In this document: positions 62,714 through 64,000 of the stretch, in pieces
Position numbering within the stretch: the first letter of the stretch is position 1
Layout of the letters: each line of letters starts with the position of its first letter
Origin: an uncultured Bacteroidales bacterium
Lineage (GTDB): Bacteria > Bacteroidota > Bacteroidia > Bacteroidales > UBA7960
DNA: 64,000 nt
Reading direction: 5' to 3'
Assembly: GCA_964614525.1 (NCBI GenBank)
Contig: CAZTPA010000005.1
Location: 5,089 to 69,088, forward strand
Notes under the pieces: model-generated
What the model was told of the DNA's origin: nothing
Databases searched by the model: none
The model's input: the letters and a program-made list of their open reading frames with translations, nothing else
Made by a program: the position numbers and the translations under genes

Positions 62714-63904
62714 CTAATCTAATTCATAAGCAAAAGCTGCATAAAAAGCAGAAGCATCCACTAAGTCCTGAACAGGGACTTTTTCATTGGGAGCATGAGC
62801 CAGAACTTCATTTCCCGGACCAAAACCAATTATTGGAATTCCATAATATCCATTAATGGTTACACCATTAGTTGAGAATGTCCATTTGTCTATTTTTGGG
62901 TCTTTATTAAAAAGATTTTTAAATGTTCTTGCACCCGTTTGAACTACTTCATGGTCTTCTTCAAGTTTCCAGGTTGGATAATATTTTTCCATGCCATATT
63001 TAAGTCCGGTAAAAGCTTCTTCTTCATAAGTAAGAACTTCAACTTTTGCATTCATTCCTTTGATAAGTTCTTCAATTTCTTTAATTGCAGATTCTTTGGT
63101 TTCGCCCCATGTAAGCCTTCTGTCGAGATGCAGCTGAGCATAATCAGCTACAGCGCAAAGGGATGGGCTATTAGAAACAAATTCAGAAATGGTTATACTT
63201 CCTTTTCCAAGAAAATCATCAAATTTTAATCTTTCATTAAGTTTTTCAATTTCCAGAGCAACTTTTGAAGCCATGTAAATAGCATTTACACCTCTTTCCG
63301 GAGCTGAGCCGTGCGATGAAATACCGTTAAAACTTACTCTCATTTCCATGCGGCCTCTGTGTCCTCTGTAAATGTTAAGATTTGTTGGTTCTGTGCTAAT
63401 TGCAATATCAGGTTTAATACCAAGTTCTTCAACAATATATTTCCAGCAGAGTCCGTCGCAATCTTCTTCAATAGCGCTACCCACAAAATAAATAGTCATA
63501 TCTTTATCAAAACCAAGCTCTTTCAATATACGTCCTGAAGTTACAAATGCTGCCGGTCCTCCTTTTTGGTCAACTGTTCCTCGGCCGTGAACATATCCAT
63601 CCTTAATTTCTCCACCCAAAGGATCAAAATCCCAATTATTAAGATTTCCAATATCTACAGTATCCATATGGCCATCTATTGCAAGTATCTTTTTCCCGTT
63701 ACCTATTCGTCCGATAACATTTCCCAATCCGTCAATTTTAACTTCATCAAATCCGGCTTCTTCCATTTGCCTTTTTAATTCGTGCTGTACCTCTTTTTCT
63801 TTTAAACTGAGAGATTTGATTTTTACAAGATTAGATAGATTTTTGGCTGTATAATCTCTGTATTTGTCCGCTAGTTCATTTATTTTTGAATATATTTCGC
63901 TCAT
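62714..63904 (-). CDS. ygeY: YgeY family M20 metallohydrolase
   Basis: DGHMDTV, GRGTVDQKGG, EEDCDGLCW, GHRGRME, KWTFSTNGV, GFGPG.E..AHAPNE; adjacent to ygeW. Confidence 0.9.
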   Translation of the reverse strand: MSEIYSKINELADKYRDYTAKNLSNLVKIKSLSLKEKEVQHELKRQMEEAGFDEVKIDGLGNVIGRIGNGKKILAIDGHMDTVDIGNLNNWDFDPLGGEIKDGYVHGRGTVDQKGGPAAFVTSGRILKELGFDKDMTIYFVGSAIEEDCDGLCWKYIVEELGIKPDIAISTEPTNLNIYRGHRGRMEMRVSFNGISSHGSAPERGVNAIYMASKVALEIEKLNERLKFDDFLGKGSITISEFVSNSPSLCAVADYAQLHLDRRLTWGETKESAIKEIEELIKGMNAKVEVLTYEEEAFTGLKYGMEKYYPTWKLEEDHEVVQTGARTFKNLFNKDPKIDKWTFSTNGVTINGYYGIPIIGFGPGNEVLAHAPNEKVPVQDLVDASAFYAAFAYELD

Positions 63905-64000
63905 AATATAATAAGTTTAAATTATTAAAATCTTTTTGGAGCCTTTGATTGCAAGAGTATTGGCAGTAGAAAAATATTACCTTCTCTTAATCATAATAAT

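Noticed and set aside
61433-63904. Selenocysteine recoding in the selenium-linked yge genes
   Set aside because: Both ORFs are full length with no in-frame TGA

Overview
AT-rich chromosomal window from a Bacteroidota organism, most likely an anaerobic Bacteroidales/Marinilabiliales-like lineage. This is inferred from repeated TAnnTTTG -7 promoter boxes, a T9SS cargo protein, the rnfBCDGEA gene order and DUF2795/DUF2027 genes. Most of it is core genome: def, ruvX, mqnE, secA, ftsE, rnf, two tRNA-Leu, a SNF2 helicase, gyrB, rnpB and wzx-wzz-polymerase/ligase. No CRISPR array, intact transposase, integrase, reverse transcriptase or recognisable defence operon was found, and I cannot claim a clear-cut new system. 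The best leads are: (1) an ~800 bp intergenic region (9.7-10.45 kb) holding an IS4-like MITE and several palindromic REP-like elements, two of which show a compensatory stem change; (2) an alpha-2-macroglobulin - NlpC/P60 - NagZ/AmiE-like fusion cluster without pbpC; (3) a secreted stand-alone CHAT (caspase-like) protease in an accessory-looking stretch before the tRNAs; (4) DnaA-box-like 9-mers at 20-bp spacing between rnpB and a TPR/beta-barrel operon, with more copies before gyrB; (5) ygeY-ygeW anaerobic purine-catabolism genes, which are unusual for Bacteroidota. All product calls come from motif recognition by eye, not database searches.
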